Shown here: one piece after another, positions 51,206 through 60,104 of the stretch
Layout of the letters: every line of letters begins with the position of its first letter
How positions within the stretch are numbered: the stretch's first letter is position 1
From: Candidatus Babeliales bacterium
GTDB lineage: Bacteria; Babelota; Babeliae; Babelales; RVW-14
Direction of reading: 5' to 3'
Assembly (NCBI GenBank): GCA_041652535.1
Contig: JBAZHB010000001.1
Span: 2,870-66,869 of the forward strand
Length of the DNA stretch: 64,000 nt
Notes under the pieces: model-generated
Databases searched by the model: none
Told to the model about the DNA's origin: nothing
What the model saw: the letters and a program-made list of their open reading frames with translations, nothing else
Made by a program: the position numbers and the translations under genes

Positions 51206-51985
51206 TCATTTTTCATATTTTACAATCTTTTCGAATTCTTGAAAGTCCCTACTTGCACCTCCTACCAGAAAGCCTTCCACGTAGGTGAGAGGGGTAAAGC
51301 TTTTGAGTGTCTTTGCTGAAACGCTTCCACCATACAGAAAATGCCACGAAATGAAGGGGGCTTTGTGTTGCGTTGTGCATGCTATCCAGGCATATACCGT
51401 TTCAAGATGTTGAAGGGTTGGTATACGATCGCTTCCTATGGCCCATACCGGTTCGTAAGCAAGAAGAATAGGTGTATTTTCAGTGCGTGCTTTTTGTCCA
51501 TTAAGTAGATCAAGAATAGGGTTTAGTTGTTCTTCAAGGACCGTAAGAGTAGTACCTTTTTTTTGCTGCTCCTCCGTTTCTCCAATACATAAAATTGGGA
51601 TAATTCCTGTTTGTGTAAGAGCATCACATTTTTGTGCGATAGTTTCATTTGATTCCTTAAGATAGTTACGGCATTCGCTGTGTCCAATAATGCAATAAGA
51701 ACACCCAACAGATTTTAAATGAGCAGCAGAAACTTGTCCGGTAAACGCTCCTTGAAGGTGGTTTGAGCAATTTTGTGCGCCAATTGAGACATTTGTTGTG
51801 TTAAATATTCTGCTGATCGGATATAAGGCTGGATAGGAAGGACAAAGAATAATTGTTGCTGAATCATTGTGTGCACAATCCACTAAAGCATCGTAATTTT
51901 GGGTGGCAAAATTCAATGTTTCATCAAGTGTCCACTGCATTTTCCAGTTAGCGATATAAAAATATTTTTTATTCATATGGAACAA
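51206..51985 (-). CDS. tpiA: Triosephosphate isomerase
   Basis: Motifs ANWKM, AQNCS..GAFTGQVS, IIGHSECR and YEPVWAIGS. Confidence 0.93.
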   Translation of the reverse strand: MFHMNKKYFYIANWKMQWTLDETLNFATQNYDALVDCAHNDSATIILCPSYPALYPISRIFNTTNVSIGAQNCSNHLQGAFTGQVSAAHLKSVGCSYCIIGHSECRNYLKESNETIAQKCDALTQTGIIPILCIGETEEQQKKGTTLTVLEEQLNPILDLLNGQKARTENTPILLAYEPVWAIGSDRIPTLQHLETVYAWIACTTQHKAPFISWHFLYGGSVSAKTLKSFTPLTYVEGFLVGGASRDFQEFEKIVKYEK

Positions 51986-52092
51986 CCCTTCTGGCCTGTA
52001 GTTTGCTTGACTAAACAGAAAATTAACGTATCATCAAGTCTGCCTTTCTGAGAGCATTTTCCGCATTATATTTTGTTAGGAAGAAGCATCGC

Positions 52093-53400
52093 ATGAAGAC
52101 TCGAGCAAATAGTTTTAATCGATTATTTTTTATAAGTATCCTTTGTTGTGCATCTTCGGCATATGCAACACACAATGTGAGTAGATATTTCCCTTTTTTG
52201 GAGCGTCCAGAAGAATATACTATCAAAAAACGTTCGCATATTACTCCATCTTTTATTTATCTCAATGCCTCGACCGCTGATCGTCGTGGTGGCGGTTCGG
52301 GTGGTATTCCTGAGTTATGGGGTAGGTACGATCTTAAAGATGTTATTGCAAGCTTAAAAGAAGTGCAGCCAGCGGCAGATCCAATTTATATTGTTACCGG
52401 AAATCATGAGCTTGATGGTAAATCAATGAAATTTGGCGTGCGTGGAAAAAATCGTGGTCAGGGCGTACTTCTTAATTATGAACAAGATCTTAAGTGGTAT
52501 GGATTTCAGCTTGGTGCTTCGGTTCCCGTAATGGCTTTGCAAACGACGAGTGTCTTTAATTTTGATCCTCAGAATTCAGATTATTATTTTCAACACCCAA
52601 TTTCCGAGGATGAGGCATTTCAGCAGATGCTTTTAGCCGACAGCATTCGTCGCACAACTCATATGATGATTGGTTTTAAGGGGAATGAGCTCAATCAAGG
52701 TGGCTTGGGAGATCTTGATGTGCACGTGCGTTGGAATCGAATTTTTGACCATATTTTGCTTATGAAGACGATCGATCTCAATATGCAATTTGGGAGTATT
52801 TTCCCAACAGGTTTTACCTCAAATCCAGATGTTCCGCCTTCATTATCAATGGGTAGCGATGGCCATTGGGGGTTATATGGAGATATCGTTACGGCATTTG
52901 AATTGCGTCAAGATTGGACATTCGGTTTGATGTTGGGATGCGTAGGACTTTTTTCGCACACACGTACGCTTCGTATTCCTTCAGTGGCAGGTGAACCAGC
53001 CATTTTTAGTGCTATTAGAGGTGATGTGCGTTGTGAGCCTGGAGTTACCTTTAAATTTTCACCTTATTTTATTTTAGCTAATCTTACTGATGGACTTGAT
53101 TTTCATGTTCGATATACTTACCTGCATCACAAAATTGATCATTGGAAAGATATGCGTAGTGAGGCTGAAAAAGTGTCAGCCCCGAGCTACTTGGGTGATA
53201 GCAGTTTGGTAGCGCTTAAAGAAAGTTTATCCAAGTGGTCCAATCACTATGTTACGTTGCAGGTTTCTTACGATGCTGAAGCGGCGATGAAAAAATACTT
53301 TTCACGACCAATTGTTTTTGTGACATATGATATTCCTGTTGGTGGTAATGGTGTGTCATTGACACATCAAGTTGCGGTTGGTGTAGAACTCCATTTTTAA
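52093..53400 (+). CDS. Putative outer-membrane beta-barrel protein
   Basis: 435 aa. Signal peptide ...CCASSAYA. Alternating amphipathic strands. C-terminal ...HQVAVGVELHF with a terminal Phe. Confidence 0.55.
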   Translation: MKTRANSFNRLFFISILCCASSAYATHNVSRYFPFLERPEEYTIKKRSHITPSFIYLNASTADRRGGGSGGIPELWGRYDLKDVIASLKEVQPAADPIYIVTGNHELDGKSMKFGVRGKNRGQGVLLNYEQDLKWYGFQLGASVPVMALQTTSVFNFDPQNSDYYFQHPISEDEAFQQMLLADSIRRTTHMMIGFKGNELNQGGLGDLDVHVRWNRIFDHILLMKTIDLNMQFGSIFPTGFTSNPDVPPSLSMGSDGHWGLYGDIVTAFELRQDWTFGLMLGCVGLFSHTRTLRIPSVAGEPAIFSAIRGDVRCEPGVTFKFSPYFILANLTDGLDFHVRYTYLHHKIDHWKDMRSEAEKVSAPSYLGDSSLVALKESLSKWSNHYVTLQVSYDAEAAMKKYFSRPIVFVTYDIPVGGNGVSLTHQVAVGVELHF

Positions 53401-53415
53401 CACCTGAAGGGTGTT

Positions 53416-54459
53416 GTGATGAAATTTTGGCCAGCGAAAAAATTGTTTAGCGTTTTCTCAAACGATATGGCTATCGATTTGGGAACAGCAAACACAGTAA
53501 TTTACGTCAAAAATCGAGGGGTTGTCCTTGATGAGCCTTCGGTTGTTGCCGTAAAAAGCTCAAGTAGTGAGGTGCTTGCTGCGGGCAATAAAGCCAAATG
53601 CATGTTGGGCAAGACGCCAGAAAGTATTATTGCGTGTCGTCCAATGCGCGATGGTGTTATTGCTAATTTTGAGTTAACTGAAAGTATGTTGCGTCACTTC
53701 ATTCGTGAGGTACACAATAATCGCCATACTTTTGTGCGTCCGCGCATGATTATTGGTGTTCCTTCGGGCATTACGCAAGTTGAAAAGCGTGCTGTTGAAG
53801 ATTCAGCCAAGCAAGCGGGTGCACGCGAAATTTATACTATTATGGAACCAATGGCTGCTGCTATTGGTGCCGGGCTTCCGGTTGAAGAGCCTACCGGCAA
53901 CATGATTGTTGATATCGGTGGTGGTACGACCGAAGTTGCTATTATTTCGCTTAAAGATGTTGTTTATTGCAAATCGGTACGCGTTGGTGGCGATGAAATG
54001 GATCGCGCCATTGTGCAGTATATTAAGCGAAAATATAATTTATTGATCGGTGAGAGGAGTGCTGAAGACGTAAAAATTAGTATTGGTACCGCAATGCTTA
54101 CCGATGAAAATCGTAACAGTATTGAAGTTAAAGGCCGTGACCTGGTAACGGGCGTACCAAAGACGGTGCGTCTGACGGATGCTGAAGTTTTTGAATCGCT
54201 TACTGAACCAATTTCTATTATTGTTGATGCAGTTCGTTCTGCTCTTGAGAATGCACCTCCTGAACTTTCTTCAGATTTGGTCGACCGAGGCATTATGATG
54301 GCTGGTGGTGGATCGCTTCTTAAGAATTTGGATATTCTTCTCTCAAAAGAGACTGGACTTCCGGTCAAGCTTGCCCCAGATCCATTGCTTTGTGTGGTTC
54401 TTGGTGCGGGCAAAGTTCTTGAAGAAATTGATTTTTTCAAAGAAGCTTTGATGAAATGA
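53416..54459 (+). CDS. mreB: Rod shape-determining protein MreB
   Basis: Motifs DLGTANTVIYV, DIGGGTTEVAI and MAGGGSLLKNLD. Confidence 0.95.
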   Translation: MMKFWPAKKLFSVFSNDMAIDLGTANTVIYVKNRGVVLDEPSVVAVKSSSSEVLAAGNKAKCMLGKTPESIIACRPMRDGVIANFELTESMLRHFIREVHNNRHTFVRPRMIIGVPSGITQVEKRAVEDSAKQAGAREIYTIMEPMAAAIGAGLPVEEPTGNMIVDIGGGTTEVAIISLKDVVYCKSVRVGGDEMDRAIVQYIKRKYNLLIGERSAEDVKISIGTAMLTDENRNSIEVKGRDLVTGVPKTVRLTDAEVFESLTEPISIIVDAVRSALENAPPELSSDLVDRGIMMAGGGSLLKNLDILLSKETGLPVKLAPDPLLCVVLGAGKVLEEIDFFKEALMK

Positions 54460-54485
54460 TTCGTCACTATGGTGACTGAAATTAC

Positions 54486-54520
54486 AAACGGCTAATGCAT
54501 TTTGCATTAGCCGTTTTTGT
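54486..54520 (+). terminator. Rho-independent terminator after mreB
   Basis: Stem AAACGGCTAATGCA / TGCATTAGCCGTTT (14 bp, perfect), followed by TTGTTTAT. Confidence 0.75.
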
Positions 54521-54561
54521 TTATAAAAGGGGTAATGAGATGAAAAGATATTTGGCAAAAA

Positions 54562-55077
54562 TTGTCTATGATGCCTTTTGGTATTGTCGGTGAGTATATG
54601 ATAAAGAGCCAACCAGATTCCTATCGTATTCCTATCCAGGTTGCGGTGTATTGTTATCGTCGTGGCAACAACGGGATAATACAATGGCTTATGCTTAAAC
54701 GGGCAACCAATACTAATCCGTGTTGGCAGGGTGTGACCGGAGCTCCGTTTGAAGGCGAAGCACTTATTGATGCTGCAGGACGTGAGTTATTTGAGGAAAC
54801 TGGCCTGCGGCCGCTGAGCCTTGTACAAAGTAGTTATTCATACACCTATACAATTCCTGCATATAATCGGCACAAATTTGCCTACGATGCTAAAACGATT
54901 ACTGAGTATGTTTTTGTTGCACAGATCAATGCAGCGCATGAAGATGTTGTGCTAACAGAAGAGCATGTTGAATATTGTTGGGTTGGCTTTGATGAAGCTC
55001 AGCGATTACTCTCGTGGCAGGAAAATAAAAAGTCGTTACAGATCGTTTATCGTATGATTACCAGGGAGATTTTATGA
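54562..55077 (+). CDS. NUDIX hydrolase
   Basis: Nudix box GAPFEGEALIDAAGRELFEETGL. Confidence 0.8.
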   Translation: MSMMPFGIVGEYMIKSQPDSYRIPIQVAVYCYRRGNNGIIQWLMLKRATNTNPCWQGVTGAPFEGEALIDAAGRELFEETGLRPLSLVQSSYSYTYTIPAYNRHKFAYDAKTITEYVFVAQINAAHEDVVLTEEHVEYCWVGFDEAQRLLSWQENKKSLQIVYRMITREIL

Positions 55078-55517
55078 AGTGTTTATTGCGTACTGTTGCT
55101 GCGGTGGCGTTTGGTATTTCTTTTATTACTTCAGTGCATGCAGCGATGCGTCCGTTTGTTATGGATTCGATTAAAGTTTTTTGTAGCCCCTTATGTGTGG
55201 CCGGTCCTGATGCTCTTATCGTTGAATTGACTGAACATCCTTATCATTGGCGTGCGCATGCGTTTTTTTCGCAATTGAATTCTGATGTTGTTGTATCGTT
55301 GCTCAAGGCTGCTGCACAAGAAAATCGTCCTGATATTGTTGAGCGTATTTTAAAAGAATGTAACTATGATTTTGATCTTGAAACGATTGATTATCTTTTG
55401 GTGTTGGCGGATGGGTATGAATGGCCAGGTCCGTTAGTTCGTGCGCTTGAAGCAAAAAAGGCTCTTCTTATTGGATCAAATCAGGTGCCCGTAGACACCC
55501 GATCTGATCCGGAGTGA
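55074..55517 (+). CDS. Hypothetical secreted protein
   Basis: 147 aa. Signal peptide MKCLLRTVAAVAFGISFITSVHA. It has a 4-nt overlap with the NUDIX gene. Confidence 0.5.
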   Translation: MKCLLRTVAAVAFGISFITSVHAAMRPFVMDSIKVFCSPLCVAGPDALIVELTEHPYHWRAHAFFSQLNSDVVVSLLKAAAQENRPDIVERILKECNYDFDLETIDYLLVLADGYEWPGPLVRALEAKKALLIGSNQVPVDTRSDPE

Positions 55518-55523
55518 TTTTTT

Positions 55524-56114
55524 TTAGGCTTTATTCGCTTCGACAAGTAATTCGTTTAAATCTTTTACGTGTTTTTCTTCGTCAACAAGAATAGATGCAA
55601 GCATGTTATACGTTGTAGGGTCGGTTTTTTCGGTTTTTGCCATGAGTTTTTTGTATTCACTTACTGCGCATATTTCACCCGTAAGATTTTCGCGCAAGAG
55701 TGATTTGGTGTCAGTACTTGATGGTTTGATATAACCGCATACTTTAAAATTGTACCATTCTTTTGGCTCGAGAAGTGGCATTCCGCCAAGTTGTATAATG
55801 CGTTCAGCAAGCATGACGGCATGCTTCAATTCTTCGCCAGCGTGTTCAAGTAATTCTGCTTTTACTTTATCAGCAATAACACCCTTAATGATTTGTGCGC
55901 CAATCCAGTATTGATAGTAAGCAAGCCATTCATCAGCGAGTGCTTTATTAAGACTTGTAATCAAATTGTCTTCGGTTGGGGCGGGGAGTTTTTCCGTTTT
56001 TTCAGTCATAGTCATGACGCGATCTTTCATTATAGTGATAATGTCTGGATAGCGCATGTAAACAAAAACGGCAACTGCTGTGAGAAGAAGAAGGAATATG
56101 AACATTTTGTTCAT
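55524..56114 (-). CDS. Ferritin-like (ferritin/Dps/bacterioferritin superfamily) protein with an N-terminal hydrophobic helix
   Basis: The four-helix-bundle metal-site pattern fits LADEWLAYYQYW...EHAGEELKHAVMLAERI...GEICAVSEY...VDEEKHVKDL. The N-terminus is MNKMFIFLLLLTAVAVFVYM. Confidence 0.65.
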   Translation of the reverse strand: MNKMFIFLLLLTAVAVFVYMRYPDIITIMKDRVMTMTEKTEKLPAPTEDNLITSLNKALADEWLAYYQYWIGAQIIKGVIADKVKAELLEHAGEELKHAVMLAERIIQLGGMPLLEPKEWYNFKVCGYIKPSSTDTKSLLRENLTGEICAVSEYKKLMAKTEKTDPTTYNMLASILVDEEKHVKDLNELLVEANKA

Positions 56115-56272
56115 AACAAACTCCCTGCGTTATGGTTAAATGAGAAAAAACACCTTGTGTCCATACATAATTCAATAACTAAGACATGTGCAAGTGTTTG
56201 AATCAAAATATCAAAAAGTGCATACGGAAGGGGATGTATGGAATATTACAGGAATACGTTTCCGATTTTAAA

Positions 56273-56710
56273 TTAAAGGCCATCTTGTTGTTCTGATTGC
56301 GTAAATGGTGCAAAGATATTTGATTCTTTTGGTTCATAGAAAACGGGTGAGGAGAGCTCGCCAAGATCTTCATTATCATCATCTATTGAAGGAGAAAAGG
56401 TTTGCAGAAAATCTAAACATGCTTGAATTTTATCTGTCATTGGTTCATCAGTATCTGGTACCCACGAAATAATGAGTGAATAGGCGTCTTCATACTTAAT
56501 GAAAAAGAGGATTGTTTCTGTTCTGTCACTATCTTTTTTGTCTAAGGCGTCTATCAATAGTGAGCGAAGAATTATGATGTTATCTGAGCTAATTGCTTCG
56601 GCTAATTGTTGCGTGAATTTGAGATCTTGAGAGAATTTTGGGGACTGCATAGCTTCAAGAGAGGCAACTGATCCAAAAAACGCAAAAATTAGAAACAGAA
56701 TAGTACGCAT
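56273..56710 (-). CDS. Hypothetical secreted acidic protein
   Basis: 145 aa. Signal peptide MRTILFLIFAFFGSVASLEA. No recognisable domain. Confidence 0.45.
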   Translation of the reverse strand: MRTILFLIFAFFGSVASLEAMQSPKFSQDLKFTQQLAEAISSDNIIILRSLLIDALDKKDSDRTETILFFIKYEDAYSLIISWVPDTDEPMTDKIQACLDFLQTFSPSIDDDNEDLGELSSPVFYEPKESNIFAPFTQSEQQDGL

Positions 56711-56758
56711 ATTTTTACCTTATATTTGCAAACGAAGTGAAAAAGTCTCTGTAGAATA

Positions 56759-57007
56759 TTAGTTTTGCAAGATTTTGTCTGCGTTTTCTATACCAAGTTC
56801 ACGTATTTTTCGATAAAGTGTGCTGCGCGCAATGCCAAGAACACGTGCGGTAGCAACATAATTATTATTGGTTTCTTGAAGCGTGATTTGAATGATGTAT
56901 TTCTCGATTTCTTGCATAATAAGCGGATGAATATTCCCTTTGCTCAACCGTCCGGTTCCCGCGATCATCCGTTTAATTTGCTGTCTCAGCAGTTCATATA
57001 GAGTCAT
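56759..57007 (-). CDS. Fis-family DNA-binding protein
   Basis: Start set at ATG 57007 (MTLYELL), 10 nt after the holA-like stop. C-terminal HTH NNYVATARVLGIARSTLYRKIRELGI. Confidence 0.7.
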   Translation of the reverse strand: MTLYELLRQQIKRMIAGTGRLSKGNIHPLIMQEIEKYIIQITLQETNNNYVATARVLGIARSTLYRKIRELGIENADKILQN

Positions 57008-57017
57008 TTTAGAGCCT

Positions 57018-57983
57018 TTATGCAAACGCACCGGTAAAATATTTAATGTAAAAGAGGTCGAGTCCACAAAATGTTGATCCTGTTTTAAGTGCATAATCAA
57101 GGAGATACAAAAACTCGTAGGCCTTTGCCAACTCTTTTGTTGATGATTTCTTCCAATCGCGATTCATAAAGGCATATGGTAATCGATATCCGATTTTTTT
57201 TGCTTGCACGAAGTTTTTTTCAGCCAGAGCATTTATGACATGATGTGCACGCCAGATTTGTTCTGCCCAAAAAAAGATCCAAAAAATATCAGGATATGCA
57301 TGATGTACTTTGCTCCAAAGGTGGAAAAATTGGGCTGCGTTTTTGGCAAAAAATTGTTCAGTAAGATGTGATAATGATGGCGTTGCGCCCGTAAGTGATT
57401 CCAAAAAATCAGCGGCAATTGCAAGTTCTGAGTTTGGAATAAATTCAATATGACTGAGCAGAAGCGAGCAGGTTTCGACATCAAGATGTACATTTTTTTG
57501 CATCAGATTTTTGAGAAAATTTTTCTTGGCTCGGTCCTCGGGCAAAAGATATTTTTGCCCGAAATGCATAATTTGTTCTGGAGTAAGTTCCTGAGGAATA
57601 GTGATGATCAGCGTGTGAACGGAGCTGTTTTTGGGTGGTTTGGTGATAAAAAAAGCAACGGTATGTGGACCGGTATAGGAAACAAGCATTGAGGCAAGAT
57701 CGGTACCTTGTTTTGTTTCGCGTTCGCTTGGAAGTGCGCCGCACCAGTAGAATGAATAGTTTCCTAAGATAGATTGCGTGAGTGTAGCATCAATTATTTT
57801 TCGTTCGGTTGTTTCAAGAAAAAGTCGTTGATAAGGAGATGGTAAAATATTGTTTTCTTTGAGCGAGTTAAAGAGCTTTGAGAACCAAAGGAGCGGATAT
57901 GAGGTGCCAACAAAACAATATGAACGGTACTGTTGCCAAAAATTTGGCGTAGACGCGTTGGTAAGAAATTCCTGAAAGTTCAT
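57018..57983 (-). CDS. holA: DNA polymerase III delta subunit-like
   Basis: 321 aa. The call rests mainly on size and on the conserved lptE-holA gene order. No sharp motif was recognised by eye. Confidence 0.5.
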   Translation of the reverse strand: MNFQEFLTNASTPNFWQQYRSYCFVGTSYPLLWFSKLFNSLKENNILPSPYQRLFLETTERKIIDATLTQSILGNYSFYWCGALPSERETKQGTDLASMLVSYTGPHTVAFFITKPPKNSSVHTLIITIPQELTPEQIMHFGQKYLLPEDRAKKNFLKNLMQKNVHLDVETCSLLLSHIEFIPNSELAIAADFLESLTGATPSLSHLTEQFFAKNAAQFFHLWSKVHHAYPDIFWIFFWAEQIWRAHHVINALAEKNFVQAKKIGYRLPYAFMNRDWKKSSTKELAKAYEFLYLLDYALKTGSTFCGLDLFYIKYFTGAFA

Positions 57984-58516
57984 GGGCGTTTATCATCTTT
58001 GGTAAATGCGTCAATTAAATATTGCCTAAAAAAGTGCTCAATCTGAGGGGCCGCTCGTTGGAATAGGCGACGGTATTCAAAATCAATAAAGTCGCTGTTG
58101 AGAATAGGATTTTTTGACTTGGAGATCAAGGTGAAGAATGAGAATGTTTTTTGTGCTACAACCTGTTGTGCATAATCAAGCAGTATACATTCAAATTCGC
58201 AGCGAATTTTGGTGTGCATAAGAACAACATCGGGAGAAACAAGTTTTGTTGTGGGTTCAAGCGCTTTGGCGCGTACACGTAGCGTATAGCCATCACGTGA
58301 GCTATTAACTAAACAATAACCAATTCTCAAGAAATGATGATGGAGCGCCTCTGAAAGAAGGGGCGATATATTATCAAATACCAATGGATTACGCGGCATT
58401 TCCAAAAATACAGGGATATGTGCATTTCTAATTGCTACATCAGAAATGGTAGATTGTTTGGAGCATGCGCCGAAAACGGATAACAGGAGACATAGCGAGA
58501 ATATTTTTTTTTCCAT
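57980..58516 (-). CDS. lptE: LptE-like outer-membrane lipoprotein
   Basis: 178 aa. Lipoprotein-type leader LLLSVFGAC. Position immediately upstream of the holA-like gene, with a 4-nt overlap, as in the leuS-lptE-holA arrangement. Confidence 0.45.
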   Translation of the reverse strand: MEKKIFSLCLLLSVFGACSKQSTISDVAIRNAHIPVFLEMPRNPLVFDNISPLLSEALHHHFLRIGYCLVNSSRDGYTLRVRAKALEPTTKLVSPDVVLMHTKIRCEFECILLDYAQQVVAQKTFSFFTLISKSKNPILNSDFIDFEYRRLFQRAAPQIEHFFRQYLIDAFTKDDKRP

Positions 58517-58556
58517 GCTTCAAATTATAGCGGTGAAAAAGCACTTTTGATAGCTC

Positions 58557-59228
58557 TTAGCGGTGTATATGAGCAAGCTCGGTTTGATGGCGCGCAGGAT
58601 CATATATGGTTTGTGCCCATTCTTTTCCCTGCCAAAGACCAATAAAAAAATCCATGGCGCCGCCGCCCCACAATGGTGGTATGTGAAAATATCGATAGGA
58701 AAGTTGTTTTAATGCTGCTTTTTTAGATGCATTTTCATGTGCCAAAAGCCAAATTGCTGCGGCTTCGCCAGCTCGGTCAACCCCGCTGGCACAATGCACT
58801 AAGAGAGGATGTGGCGCTGTCTGGAAAATGGTAAGAAGCGTTGTGATGAGTTCTTTGGAATGCAACGACTTGGAGTTCATTGAAACGTTATAAAGCGGTA
58901 CCCCATAATCATCGGCTATTTTTTTCTCATGTTGCCACCAGGATAATTCAGGATGATAGCCACGAAGATTGATAATACTTTTGATACCATAACGCTCAAT
59001 ACATGCGCGTAAACGTTGTGTGGAAAGTTGCCCTGAGCGATAGCATTTACCTTGTTGTACGGTACGAATACGATAGAACCAGAAATCAATCATATTGTCG
59101 TATAAAGACCTTTTTGTATGAAGCGCAAGAGGATGATGTGCGGGGAGCGTATGGTGCGTTTCTTTGCCGCAGCCGCATATAAGTATAAGCGTAATAAATA
59201 TCAGGGAATAGCGTATGAAAAACTTCAT
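58557..59228 (-). CDS. Exported Cys-based (CX5R) protein tyrosine / dual-specificity / phosphoinositide phosphatase family protein
   Basis: 223 aa. Hydrophobic leader ending LILICGCGKE. Active-site signature VHCASGVDRAGE (HC-x5-R). Confidence 0.75.
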   Translation of the reverse strand: MKFFIRYSLIFITLILICGCGKETHHTLPAHHPLALHTKRSLYDNMIDFWFYRIRTVQQGKCYRSGQLSTQRLRACIERYGIKSIINLRGYHPELSWWQHEKKIADDYGVPLYNVSMNSKSLHSKELITTLLTIFQTAPHPLLVHCASGVDRAGEAAAIWLLAHENASKKAALKQLSYRYFHIPPLWGGGAMDFFIGLWQGKEWAQTIYDPARHQTELAHIHR

Positions 59229-59287
59229 ACCCCCTCCTATGCATATACATATCTAGATGTACGCAAGGAGAGTTGCTATTGTCTAGT

Positions 59288-60103
59288 TTAAAGTGTTTTA
59301 GCGAGACGATTGCCTAGACTAAAGGGATTTGATTTTTCGGTGTTACGTTGAGGTCGAAAGGGAGAAGAAGAAACATCAGGAGAATTTCTTTGTGAAAGTT
59401 GCTTGAAAATTTCGCGTGTGCCGGCAAGAGCATACGCTTTAAGTTGATCAAAGCAATCACTACTTACTGGCGCCTTTTCACTTGTTCCTTGGATTTCAAT
59501 GATGCCTTCTTGTGAGGTGAAAACGAAATTAAAATCTGCCGCAGCATTACTATCTTCCTGATAAGCCAGATCGGCCAAAGGTGTTGTTTGTACAACTCCA
59601 ACTGAGATTGCTGCAATGCGTTCTTTAAAAATATTGACCGAAGTTACTCCGGCAGCATGCCAGCGTTGTGCGGCTTGCTCAAGCGCTAAGCTTGCAGCTG
59701 TTATGCATGCGGTTCGCGTTCCTCCGTCAGCTTGCAAAACATCACAATCGATGAAAATGCTTCGCTCGCCCAACGCTGCAAGGTCTATCGTAGTTCGCAA
59801 GCAACGGCCAATAAGGCGCGAAATTTCAACGCTGCGCGCGTTGCGCTGGCTCTGTGATGATTCACGTTGGGTTCGTTGTTGCGTTGCGGTTGGCAGCATA
59901 GCGTATTCGGCAGAAAGCCAACCGGTTTTTTGGCCCTTGAGAAAGGGCGGAACGGTTGTTTGAAGGGTTACGCCAACGAGTACTTTAGTATTGCCTTGGG
60001 TGTACAACACAGACGCGTCGGCGTATCCATATACATCATAATGAAAAGAAATAGGACGAATTTGATCGGGCGCGCGGTTGTCCGCACGACGAAATGGCGT
60101 CAT
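59288..60103 (-). CDS. rph: Ribonuclease PH
   Basis: Start at ATG 60103 (MTPFRRADNRAPDQIRPI), 1 nt after the pnp stop. Contains DCDVLQADGGTRTACITAASLAL. It has a roughly 30-aa C-terminal tail beyond the usual RNase PH length. Confidence 0.9.
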   Translation of the reverse strand: MTPFRRADNRAPDQIRPISFHYDVYGYADASVLYTQGNTKVLVGVTLQTTVPPFLKGQKTGWLSAEYAMLPTATQQRTQRESSQSQRNARSVEISRLIGRCLRTTIDLAALGERSIFIDCDVLQADGGTRTACITAASLALEQAAQRWHAAGVTSVNIFKERIAAISVGVVQTTPLADLAYQEDSNAAADFNFVFTSQEGIIEIQGTSEKAPVSSDCFDQLKAYALAGTREIFKQLSQRNSPDVSSSPFRPQRNTEKSNPFSLGNRLAKTL

Positions 60104-60104
60104 A

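Noticed and set aside
50724-51242. 172-aa plus-strand ORF
   Set aside because: It is antisense to secG and the secG-tpiA junction. The secG frame has the conserved two-TM SecG core, and this frame has no recognisable features.
53964-54467. 167-aa minus-strand ORF
   Set aside because: It is antisense to the highly conserved mreB CDS, with a Ser/Arg/Thr-rich translation.
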